Source: Spongospora subterranea f. sp. subterranea (lineage: Eukaryota). Taken from it: a stretch of DNA of 64,000 nt. The notes under the pieces were generated by a model. It saw nothing but the letters and a program-made list of their open reading frames with translations. It was not told where the DNA came from and did not search any database. The stretch lies in the NCBI GenBank assembly GCA_049724395.1, contig JAUGWO010000068.1, positions 1-64,000 of the forward strand. The letters are read 5' to 3'. The first letter of the stretch is position 1. Every line of letters starts with the position of its first letter. Made by a program: the position numbers and the translations under genes. Below are positions 37,183 to 49,365 of the stretch, piece after piece.

Positions 37183-39065
37183 ATGGTGGTTCTGTCGTCA
37201 ACGCGGCGATGGCAGTGCACCAACGCAGCCACGAAACTTTCGGGCCTCACGATCGCCGTGAAGGCCAACTTCGCGGTGGCCGGCCAGGAATTCACGGCCG
37301 GCAGCGCCATCCTCGCCTCTCATCGTTCGGGGTTCGACGCCACCGTCGTGGCCCGGCTTCGCCAGGCCGGCGGCACCATCGCTGACAATGTCGTCATGGA
37401 CGAGTTTGGCATGGGGTCGTTCAACAAGTCAGCGCGCAACCCCTGGTCGGCCATCGTCAACGCTGATGTAACGGCAGGGGGTAGCTCGGGGGGCAGTGCC
37501 GCTGCCGTTGCGTCTGGAAAAGCGTTCGCCGCTTTGGGATCCGATACGGGCGGGTCGGTACGGTTGCCCGCCGCCTTCTGCGGCGTGGTCGGGTTCAAAC
37601 CGACCTACGGGCGGCTGTCGCGATACGGATTGATCGCCTACGCCAGCTCGCTCGACTGCCCCGGGATCATTGCTGGGAACGTCACGGATGCCGCTCGCGT
37701 CCTCGAGATTGTTGACGGTTTCGACGCGCGCGATTGCAACAGTGTTCGGAGCCAGCCGTTTTTCGCCGACCAGGGCGATGTCAAGCCAGATCTCACGGGT
37801 GTCACGATCGGGATTCCAAACGAGTTCCATGTCGCCGAGGTGGAGAAACTGTTTATTTTTCTGAATTTTATTGTTTGAGTGATCTTTGACACCTCGGTAC
37901 TCGATCGTTTGTCTTTCGAATTCAACCGACAGAACATACATTGTTGTCCGTTGATCATTCAACGCCCAGTTTGCACATTGCATAATCAGCTGAACGTTCT
38001 GGCTCTAATCACAAACCTGTTTCGCAGTTGGGTGACGAGGCCCGCGAGACGTGGCAACAAGGCATCGATTGGGCCGAGGAACTCGGCGCCCGTGTCGTCT
38101 CTGTCTCGATTCCGTCGATCCCGTTGGCTTTACCAGTCTATTACGTGATCGCTCCTGCCGAAGCCAGTTCCAACCTATCGCGTTATGATGGGCTTCGTTA
38201 TGGTCGGTGTCGACGCTGGTTTCTCCCCTATTTTTTGGCGCAGTCCCATTTGTTGTAGTTTTTTCTTGTTTCGTTTGATGTTTGCCAACCATAGTACGCT
38301 CAGGTCCTTGCGTGCCTTTGCAACCCGACAGCAACTATGACGACGTCATCACGGCCAACCGCACAAACGGGTTCGGGCCCGAAGTCCGCCGTCGAATCCT
38401 GATCGGAACGTTTCTTCTATCCAACGCCGCCATGAGCGACTATTTTGTCAAGGCGCAACGCATAAGAGCACAACTTATGAAAGAATTCAGATCCGTATTT
38501 CTCGACGGTCCGCTGCTTTCCTCTGTTCAAATCTCATTCTACTGCTCTCGTTGTTTTTCGCTTTTATTTTAACCTCTCTGTTTCATGTTTGTTTTTGTTC
38601 TAGCTCCGTTTTCGACAAAAATCTATTCGTTTGTGACTTTTTCGGCATTAAGATTCGTTAAGCGCTTTTTCTGCATTGTTCATATTATGGACTATTGATT
38701 TTGTCTGGTAATAGGAGGCGTTGACTGTTTGCTAACGCCGACAGCGTTAACGGATGCGCCGACGTTTGCCGACATCGAACGCGGCAATGACGACCATCTG
38801 ACCACATATGCCAATGTACTGACCAGATTGTTTCCGATTTCCTAAATGCGGAATTGGGCTGAGGTTTCTTGTGCAGGATGTGATGACCGTACCGGCCTCG
38901 TTGACCGGATTGCCAGCGATCTCGTTACCGGCCAGGCTATCGTCGCGTTCCCTCCCCCTGGGGATACAGCTGATCGGCAACGCGTTCGACGAACAGGCTC
39001 TGTTTCGGATTGCGCGCGTGATGGAATCGCGAATACAGTTCCCATCGCTCCAATCAATGTTGTAG
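37183..39065 (+). CDS. gatA: Glutamyl-tRNA(Gln) amidotransferase subunit A (mitochondrial GatA/QRSL1), multi-exon
   Basis: [104 protein letters not shown] and LPLGIQLIG. Confidence 0.93.
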
Positions 39066-39988
39066 AATTATTTGAAAATACCGTGTCTCCTTCGATAAAT
39101 TATATTCCTTTTCCTTATACACCTGGGAACCTTCCTCGCCGCGGAATGTGCCGGCGCCTTCCTTCTGTCCGGGTGTAGCGCCGTCGCCTTTCAGTGTTCG
39201 GCGACAACGCCATCAATTCCAGGATCTCAAGCGTCAAGTTGAGCATGTTGATGCGTCCAACATCGTTGGGAATTGCGTGCTGCCGAACAGTTCAATACGG
39301 AAAGCAGTTTTCGGTCGTGGGAGGTGGCTCTGTTCTGACTCAATGACAACATTGCCCCATGCGGTCCATCAGGAGACGATGGCGCTACAGGGCGGTGGTG
39401 AACGATCAGCACCCAACAGTCTGGCGTTTCCGGATATTGATCAGGACGGGATCCCCTTTTTCATTCCCAATCAAAACATTTGCGGCTGATTATTTCCCCA
39501 AGTGGAAACGCCCGATGGCGATAGTGCAGTGTCTGAATCAACAGCCGAAACCTGACGCGAAAAGGTTTTTTTCCATTCCCAGAGCCGATCGCTGTTCCAT
39601 CAGAAAAGGCCCCGGTTGTCATCATCAGAGCGATTTCCCGCTGAGGAGAGATAATATCTTGATCGCTCCACCCGATCTGGCGTTCCAAACCAGATTGACA
39701 AACGCGACAACCGTGCGGGAATTGCATTGCATCGTCAGATGGGCCCCAACTTCCCAGTCGATCCGGGGGCGTCGAACTCCCTGAATACACATGCCGGGGC
39801 CGCCGGATGCGACGCCACCTAGGGCCTGGTGATGGGCGAAATGAGGCCGCGCGTGCCCGACGATATTCGCCGGGAGTTGTTTGAAAATCGGCGACCCGTG
39901 TGTGGGCTCTCAGATTTTGGGGGACCGAGGGGGTCGATTAGCCCTCAGATCAAGCCCCCTGTTTTTTGGGCCCGATCCGCCCAGTCCA

Positions 39989-42900
39989 ATGGGGAACAAA
40001 TCGTCCAAGAACCGGGACCTTTCGCACCTCCAACGCAAATGTGAGTCGCCCTCGTTGTTTTTGTTTTCTGTTGTTGACGTTGTTGGATGTCGTCGCCGGC
40101 GACAACGATTGTGCTGAACCGGGGTGTGTGTGTGTTTCGCAGTCGACCATGAGGAGGTGGCGATGCTGCAGAGGACGTTCCAGAACCTGGCGGATCGCAG
40201 TCAGGGCGGCAAGACCATCGACAAACTGACGTTCGGCCAGGTGTTCCCGATGCCCGGCATCCTGGGCGACCGGCTGTTCGCCGCCTTCGACCGCAAACAC
40301 GTCGGCGCCATCGACTACGAGGAGTTCATCGCCGGCCTTGGATTCGTCGTTCGTGGCACCCTAGACGAGAAAGTAATCGCCGGTTTGTTGTTTCCCAACC
40401 GGTTCGATTATCTGTTTCTTCGACGATTTCGGAAATCAATCACCAACGCTTTCGCCAAAATTTCCTCGATTTCCTGGACCGAGTTTCCGAATCATTGAAG
40501 CGATATATCGGTTTTTGTTAATTTGTCGACCTGATGACGTCGTTCACTTTATTTTCCTGGACGAAACGAGAGGATTTTGATTGACAATAGCTCGGCGACC
40601 CCGAGATTTCATCCATCAATCTTATTGACCGGATGTTTTGTTTTCTGCACTGACTGATTTGACGGATTTTCGTGGGCGATGTGTTGGTGTTGGTGATCTG
40701 ACCGCTGTCGTTCAGGTGGATTTCCTATTCTCCATGTACGATCTGGGCGATCGCGGCTACGTCACGCGAAGCGAGCTGTCGACCATGCTGAACTCGGTCG
40801 TATTCTCGGCCTACGCCATCCTGGACGCCACCGACGAGGGTTTCTGCCACGAGGTCGACGAGGCCCTCAACGCCCGCGTCGGTTCGATCGCCGCCCCTTC
40901 GCTAATTCGGACGGTTTGTGGCTGATCGACTCGATCAGGTTGGGGAATTGGTCAGCGCCGCCTTCGGCAACAGCGACACCGAACGCCTATCGAAAGGAGA
41001 GTTCAGAAAATGGGTCAGACCTTGAAAACACGACGCGTTCTTGCCGACATGACAGTCTCCAGAAATTACCAAATTTGACCTTTCGAATTTCGTTGATTTG
41101 AACGCGCGACATCATCTGACAGGATTTCTTTGATCAGGTGTTCGAAAATCTCGATACGCTGGACGTGCTGGATCACGCGTTCTCCAACGGTTCCGGGGCG
41201 TCGACCCCATCGGACCCCGTGCGAGTCGCCACGCAGCCGTCCAGTCCGATGCACTCACGGCACCCGTCGAATCTCGACTCCAAGCCCAAGTTGACGTTGG
41301 ATTCGGTCAGCTGAACCGCACCACCAACACCACTATGTCAAATCCCCTCTCATTTTCCAATTTCCTTTCAAAAATCAATACGTTTTCTTTTGACGGTATG
41401 ATTGGCTGGCCATGTACGTTACGGACTGTTGACCGTAACGTTACGCACGGCTGGCAACATCACGTTACACAAGTGACAGTTTTGGGCCCGTTACGTTACA
41501 ATGCGTCAGAGACGCGGGCCAGGCAATGAAATGGGCGGGCAAGGTTACGATACGCACATGGGTATGATGTTTATGATACAACATGGGCCGGGTTGATACG
41601 ATACAAAACAATGGGTTGGCCAATTTGCGATACAAAATTGATGTTTTTTTTGGGTGGCGATAACACTTCAGATTCGCTGTCGTTTGTTGAGTCCACATAT
41701 CCTCTTCATTTGGCCAAGATGTTCTTGTCGTGATCCCGATCTGTTTGCGAATTTGTTCATATCCGACCGTCGGAGAATGAGCGAAATCAACACACACACA
41801 CACTGCACAGTTCGTTCTTTGTTTTTGTCGTGATGGGAATTGGTGCATGGTGGCGATCCACTGAAGCTGATGTCGTGGTCTGGCCACAGTTGCTGCATTC
41901 TGGCGGTGCGACACCCAACGCCGCCGCCCGCCTACAGAAGACGCTCTCGATGCGCCTACGCAAGTCGTCCAGCGGGTTCAACACGATTCATGGGCTATCG
42001 GTTCCCTTGTCGTCCGGGATCGAACGCAAATCGGCGTCCAGTTGTTGTTCGGATCTGTCCGAGGATGGATCCATCCGATCGTAAGCTCCAAACACGCAGT
42101 CCATTCCCATTTCATTTCGCTAATCTGGTTTTGCGATCGCGTCGTTAATTCGTCTCCTCTTCACCAATTTCACCCCTCTTCGAAGACATTTTTCTCCCCG
42201 TTCAATGGTTTCGCCATTTGTACACATATTTGATATTCCCGATCCGCCGATACGGATCGTGAACGTCGTCGTTCGTTCCCCGAACTGATTCCCCCCTCTG
42301 CTGATCAGATTACCTGTTGCCAAAGAGGAGACCGATCAGGATCTGGTTGATAACGCCGCCGTTGATGACGATAAACCCACGTAATCAACCCGACCGCATC
42401 GCGTATCCAAACAAATAGTTTTCCAATCTGACCAACGCTGTTGGCCAAGGTCGCCGGCCCAGCTCGAGTGCAAGACGTGCAACTACAGTATCAGTCTAAT
42501 CTACTGCTGTGTCTGCGCCCAGGCGCTATCGGGCCCCGTTTGTGACCACTGCCGATCGCCCAACCCGTTCGCCCATGTCCGTTTTTGCCCGGCCTGCGCC
42601 CAGCCGCTGAAACTCGACCTCGACACACCACTCGCCGATCTCCTGTACGTCCTTCACAAAACACCCACTGAAACCACTCGAACAAACATGTCCAATAGTT
42701 CGTTTTTTCATCCATTTTTCCAAAACAAAACCGTTCACAAGAACCGTCTTCGAACCGAATTGTGAAATTTGCTGATTTTTGTGCAGAATATCGCCTCGAA
42801 CTGGATCATTGGACAGCAGGAAGAAGAGCTGCGCCTACATGGAAGGGTGGATGTACAAAGTCGGCAGCATGTTCAAGGTCGGTTTTTGTCATCGCAATCG

Positions 42901-44696
42901 GTCGCTCCGTTCTAAATCCGCTTGTTCCAGAACTTGAAGATCCGGTGGTTCCTGCTGCGGGACAACTTCCTGTACTCGTTCCACAACGAGAAGGAGGTGA
43001 AGCCGTCGGGCGTGTTCTGCCTGGAAGGGTGTTTCGTCGAGACCGTCTGCCACGCCGAGCAGAACCCGCATATGCGCTACGGGATCGAGATCTCCTTCTC
43101 CCAGGACGTCGCCAGCTCCCGCTTCTTCTACGCCAAGACTGACGAGCTGCGCACGCGCTGGATGAGCGCCATCCGCCAGGCCGCTCGCCAGTTCGTCCTT
43201 CAGGTGCGAACACGCCCAATCCCATTCAATTCCGCTTTTCAACAAACAAAACGTTTTTCAACTTTTCGTATTTTCACAGTTTCAACGTTGATTTGACGCT
43301 CCCGCGACATCAGATTGTTTCGTCATCGTTGTCCAAACCCGGAAACCGTTCACATCATCGTTTTTTGTGGTTTTCATCATCGCCAAATCCAGCGGAAATC
43401 GGCTGGCGTTTTTTTGTGTCGGTTCTGAAACAACGCCCCTAATCATCGCAGGACTATTACTCAATCGGGGCCGAGCTGGGCTCCGGGAAGTTCTCGTCGG
43501 TCTGCGATTGCACCCACCTGGCGACCGGGCAGCGGTATGCCGTCAAGATCATCGACAAGACGGGGATGAGCAACCCGGAGCGGGAGCTGCTGCGCACCGA
43601 GATCGCCGTCCTCCAGCTCGTCCACCACCCCAACATTATCCACCTCAAGAACGTGTTCGAGACGCGCGCCAAGATCTTCATCATCACGACATTGGTCGAA
43701 GGTCCTCGAAAGCCGATTTTTTTTTCCTCGCTTTCGTGAACCTTGTTCTGTTGACCGCACAGGTGGCGACCTGTTCGAACGTATCTCCAAAAAGCACCGG
43801 TTCGACGAAGGCACCGCCAAGCGCCTCATCCGCAACCTGTTGTTCGCCATTCAGTATCTGCACGAACGGGGGATCGTCCACAGGTTCGCCCACGATCGTC
43901 CCCGATTCTGTTTCACGACACCAATCGCCTTCACAGGGACCTGAAACCCGAGAACGTCATGATGAGTTCGCCGAAATCCGACACCGAAATCCAGGTCGGT
44001 TCTGCGACGATCGGCCGTTTTCCAGGTTCACCAATCCGCCCCCCGCACAGGTCGCCGATTTCGGCCTGAGCAAGTTCGCGCTGCCCGACGAGGCCATGGA
44101 CCAGCCATGCGGGACGCTGGCCTACGTCGCCCCCGAGGTCCTGCAGATGAAAGGATACGGGCACGAGGTCGACCTCTGGAGCATCGGCGTCATCATGTAC
44201 CTGCTGCTACGAGGGCGCCTTCCATTCGAGGCCAAGACCAAAGACGAGGCCATCGAGAAGGTGATCGGTTTCGCCATTTTTCCACAATCGTTTCTCGGTT
44301 TCGTCGTCGTTTTCGCGACATTTCTTCGTTTTCTTAACGGTGTTGATTGGGTTTTAGACGCTCCGGGGCAAACTGCCTTTGGAAGGGGATGCGATTTGGG
44401 AGACGATCTCGCCCGAAGCCAAGGCGATGCTGCGCCAGTTGCTGTGCGCCGAGCCCAAGAAGCGCCTGACCGCCGGCCAGGCCTTGAAGGACCCCTGGAT
44501 CACGAGCGTGATGGAGCCGCCCCCCGTCCTGCCCACCCTGGTCATGATTCATTCCCGGAAGGGGTCCCGGGTCCCACAACATCTCGAGGGCAACGCCGCC
44601 CTCGAACCGCCGGTTCAGTCGGGAGCGGCGGGCAACGATCTCTGCTGCGTTGACCGGATCGCCGAAGGAATATCGAACCCGATTGCCAGCTCGTGA
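39989..44696 (+). CDS. EF-hand / zinc-ribbon / PH / CAMK-type kinase (CDPK7-like architecture), paralogue 1
   Basis: MGNKSS; EF loops DRKHVGAIDYEE and DLGDRGYVTRSE; Cys ribbon at ~42460-42610; PH (MEGWMYK, RWFLLRDNFLYSF, RTRWMSAI); kinase LGSGKFSSV, YAVKII, HR|DLKPEN, DFG, YVAPE, VDLWSIG. Confidence 0.92.
41531..41637. repeat. Degenerate intronic minisatellite (~27-bp unit, 4 copies)
   Basis: Units of the form ATGGG...GATAC(A/G) recur four times, preceded by repeated CGTTAC/GTAACG motifs from ~41415. Confidence 0.6.
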
Positions 44697-44972
44697 CGAC
44701 GCCCAAGATCTCCAGCTGATAATGGGCAATAATGTCCAAGACGGCTCGGCGCCCGGGGCCCACCCAACACGATCAATTCAACAAATCTGATTAAACTCTG
44801 GGCCCTATTTATTATTGGACGAACAATGATAACGACTAGGGACGCACAACGCGCGACCGGATGGATTGTGTGTCAAAGAACACAAGTTGGTTCAGAACCA
44901 ATTACGATAATCGTGTTCAGAACACACCTCGTGTGGATTTGATGATCAACGTTGAGCTGCCCCCGGACCCCA

Positions 44973-47900
44973 TCACGAGGACGTGCTGAAGCCGCTGGCG
45001 AAATCGGGGACGCGAGCTGACGGGTGCCGATCGGCCTCGTCGTTGGCGAAGAACCGGTGCTGCAGTGCCTGGTAGACCGTCAGCCGTCGCCGGGGATTGG
45101 CCCGAATCATGCCCTTCATGATGTCCTTGGCGGCCGGCGATACCGTATTCCACACCCAATTGTCATCGAACAGCAGGGGTCCCGAGCGCAGCGTCTGAAC
45201 AGATTGACAAAGGAAACGCTGAACACGATGGAACATCGAACGAAAGAAACTCGACAAAAAAATCGCGAAAGGAAATTAGAGAGAGAAAACACAAAATTGA
45301 AAGGACCTACGAGCATCAGCAGGTCGTTCTTGTTTCGGACATCGAACGGGAGACGCCCTCGCAACATCAGGTACATCATGACGCCCACGCTCCACATGTC
45401 GCCGGCGAATCCGTACCCGTTCTCGATCAGGATCTCAGGCGCCAGGTAGACCAGCGTCCCACAGGGAACGTGCAGCGGGTCGTAAATCATGGCGTACCGG
45501 CTCAGGCCGAAATCGGCCACCTGGACCAACAACGTCGGTAGTGCCAGAACGGGAACACTCAAAACTAAACCAAAATACAGTGCTAGATCGGCGAACACAA
45601 ATATACGGTGCCAAACGGGAAAAAACAGTGGCCGAAACGGTAAATTGAATGGCAATGGCTTTGTGAATTTGAGGAAACGGTACCTGAAGATCGATATCGG
45701 AATCGATCGAGTTCATCATGATGTTCCCGGGTTTCAGATCACTAAATGATATCGATTGTTAGAACCGAAATTTAAGGAACAGATCGGGAGACCGGTTTAC
45801 CCGTGGACGATCCCGTTGTCGTGGAGATAGCGAACCGCCTCGAGAATCTTCCGAATCACGTGCCGGGTCGTCCCCTCGCTGAACCGGCGCTTCTGCGCGA
45901 TCCGTTCGAATAGATCTCCGCCCTTAGCCAAGTTGGTCACGATGAACAGCTGCTGGCGCGTTTCGAACAGCTGCCGCAGGTGGATGATGAACGGATGGCG
46001 CACGATCTGCAGGACTGAAGTCTCGCATCGAAGGTGATCGCGTTGCCGATTGTCCAGCTCCAGCTTGTTCACGATCTTGACAGCGTATTCCTTGGCCGTT
46101 GTGCGATGGGTGCACTCGTAGACCGCCGACGAGCTGCCGACGCCGCACCTGGCGCCGAGCACGTAATAATCCTAATAGAATGGTCAGCACCAAGGTGTTC
46201 AGCCTTTTGAAGTGGGCACAGAACAAACAACCGTTATTGTCAGAACTTATTTGAAAAGAACTTGAGCAAAAACCATTTAAATTCAAAAGTTTTCCAGGTA
46301 AGTTCAGTTCTAAAAAGCAACGAAGTATTGCTCGAGGTTGTGTTTGTTCAATGGCGATTGCTAAAAAACAAAACCGATGTCGGAAATCTGTACCTCAAAG
46401 CGACGCTGTTTGGCGGCGCAACGAATGGCGTCGACCCATTGATCCCGATAGGATTGGTCGACGGCGAACAAAAACCAGGAGTTGTCAACCTCCTCGGAGA
46501 TCGATATTTCGATCCCGTACTTGGCGGCGTCGTGGCGATTTTCGACTTCACCGCCGAGACCGAACGGTTCGATGAAGCAGCCGTTGAGGCAGATGACGCC
46601 GGACGGCGTCGTTGTGCGATCGCTGTGGAACGCGTACAGGAACCCGTTCGTCAACAAACACCAACGCGATTTCAGGTTCTGTGAACAGCCGGTTAGGGTT
46701 TTAGAATTTCCAAATCACCGTTTCGGACCTTGAACATGGACCCCGATTTGTACAGCCATCCCTCCATATAATCGCCATGTCCAGTTTTTGACACCGATCA
46801 GGTTCCTGATCGATATTCAAGCGCTGGTGTTGAAGCGATGGGAAAATACTAACCGTGGGGGATTGTCGTCGATCTCGTCGGGACACGGGATGATCCCGTC
46901 GTTGCTGGAGAAGCCAGTCGAGCACGGTCTCAATGCCGTTTGCGGATCGAACTGCCTTTTCGAAGTAAGATCATGCAATGGCGAACAGCCGTGACCGCCT
47001 GAGCATTGGCCAGATCTGCAAGAACACAATGCGACAGACTCAGGGGAGGCAGTGTTTCCAAGTTCACAACCACATTCAAAACATTCTTATAAAATAAACA
47101 AACGTTTTTTTTTCTAAGTAGTGACGAATTTCGTCAATGTTAAAGGCGGTGACGACTAACCGGTTTTTTGTGATTGGTTTTGGCGGAAGACGGTAATCAT
47201 TTTGCACAATAGGTTTTTCACTGGAACGATACCTAAATCAGAAAACCCCAATGGGTCAATAATTTTCATTCTTAATAAAAACAGATCGACCAAAAAGTCA
47301 AAAACTAATCCCGAATTTGGCCATTGAAATCGGTAGGTTCGAAAAACAATTTGATTTTTTTTTTGGGCAAACAAAGGTGAACGAAATTAAAATCGGAGTG
47401 AGGTCGGAGGCGATACTGACGAGATCGAACGGGGAATTGGGATGGGCTGAGCTGATTGACCCAACGCGACCAGGGAATATCGCGGCAGACGGATCAACGG
47501 CGACGCCTGCTGACAATGGGCTGACAAACGGGATAAACTATGGCAACACCGCATCTGATCCAGAAAAAATTCAATATCGTCGGGTTAAAACACCACACGG
47601 AAACAAGTCGGAACACGAAACCGGTCGATGAACGGGACTGAAAACTCGGAAAACCCGAATTGAACAGAAACGCGACATTGAAAAACGAATCAGTTGTGAA
47701 AATACAGTCGAATGATATAAGGAAAATGACAAATAGAGCTGGAAACTGAGGAAAGAAACAAAAACCAAAAGGGAGATACTTTGGCGACGGTGATCCGACG
47801 GGCGGGGTCGAATGCGATCGGGGACGGGACCGGGATGTTGGCCATCGCCGGGAACGGTATCAGGTTCTGGTCGCGATCGGAGCCGGCGAACTCGCCCGGG

Positions 47901-48729
47901 AACACGTAGTGCAGCAGGTCCAGGGAATCGGTATAGTTCACGACCTGAACCAAAGACAACGAACGATCGTTTGCGACTTCGTTCACACGAAACCGAGCAC
48001 AATTTTACCCAGGATTTGAACGCGTCTTTCGACAACGGCTGCCCCGGGTGCAGATCGAAGAACGCCGCGTCGACCAGTTTCTCAACCTGAACACAGCAAC
48101 AACAATCAAGGGTCAATCGCCGTGAAAAAGCATTCAATTTCCGTCAACCGACGCGTCGGTTGATCCCGTCGAACGCGACGTTATCAACGAAGTCTTCGTC
48201 TTGGGTGCGGTCGAGGACGTTGTAGGCGGCGAGGACGATCGACCTAAGAATGTTCGACAGCTGGTATCGGGTGACGAATCCCTTCTCGTCCAGATCGTAG
48301 ATCCGAAACGCGAAGTTCATCTGCGAAGGGGAAAGGGTCGTAAGGGCAGGGCGGCGCAAGCCGGGCCGACGTACCTTCTCTTCGAGGGTGCCACGAAACA
48401 CGACGCCCAACCCGACGATGAACTCGTCGAAGTCGATGCACCCGTTCCGCAGCGTGTCGAACGAGGTGAACAGCGCCTCGCCCAAGATCCCGGGCAGGCC
48501 CAGCACCTTCGAAAACGTGGCCTTGTTGATGGTCCGGCCTTCGTTCGACCTGGCCAGCGACCGGAACGTGTGTGTTAGCAGCGCGGTCTCATCGTGATCG
48601 ACTGTGACAAACAAAAAACACAATGACGACGGTCAACGACGACGACGAATTGGAAAACTTCCCCCAAATTCACTCACATTTTTGGTAAGCGCGTCGGCTT
48701 GCGGCGGCGGTTGAAAGTAGAATTCCCAT
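44973..48729 (-). CDS. EF-hand / PH / kinase, paralogue 2 (divergent; no zinc ribbon)
   Basis: MGILLS start splices in the same phase as paralogue 1. EF loops DTLRNGCIDFDE and DLDEKGFVTRYQ; PH (FLYAFHSD...RDQWVDAI); kinase CGVGSSSAV, YAVKIV, HG|DLKPGN, DFG, YLAPE, GDMWSVG. Confidence 0.9.
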
Positions 48730-49365
48730 TCTTGGGCAACACAATTTGGGAAGATCGGCGACCAAGGGCGAATCAATTGTGAGTTTTCCGTTCCCATCGG
48801 ACGATGGATTTGGTACTGAGCCCCCCCGCTCCGGGGTGGATTGATTGCGGTCGCGTTCGCGACCACACACGACAGAGGCGATGGCCGGTCGGAAACTATC
48901 CCCGACCGATCCCTCCCCCTGGAATTACGTCGTCGACCCGATCGACCCGATATCGCCCGATGTTTGTACCGCCCAACAGTTCTTCTCCCACCAAAAACGT
49001 TTCCGACGGAAAATTCCCGGTCCAGACGTGATCGTCGCACAATTACCAGCCAGTTCGATGGCGCTAGCCAGGGATTTCCAAGCAGTGAACGTTTTTTGGC
49101 GATTGACGGCTCCGGGTTTCGATTTAGTGTGGTCGACTCGTGGCGAAGTCGAGTCTGAGATGAAGGAAATGCGATGGATAATCGAAGGAACGCCACAGGA
49201 GTTGGTCGCGCTGTGGGACATCGACAAATTGTCCAATAATATGAACCGAAAGGCGCCAGAAACCCACGAAAGCGCCAGGAAGGTGAAGAATAAATCGATT
49301 ACTGGATTTCGCCATTTTTTGTTAAATAAATTAGAAGTTTATCTCAAAATGTTGCGGCGACGTCG

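Noticed and set aside
39116..39790. Possible small minus-strand gene between gatA and kinase 1
   Set aside because: I could not build a consistent spliced model or recognise a domain.
43367..44653. 428-aa ORF as an independent gene
   Set aside because: It is a read-through of kinase exons and introns in mixed frames in GC-rich DNA.
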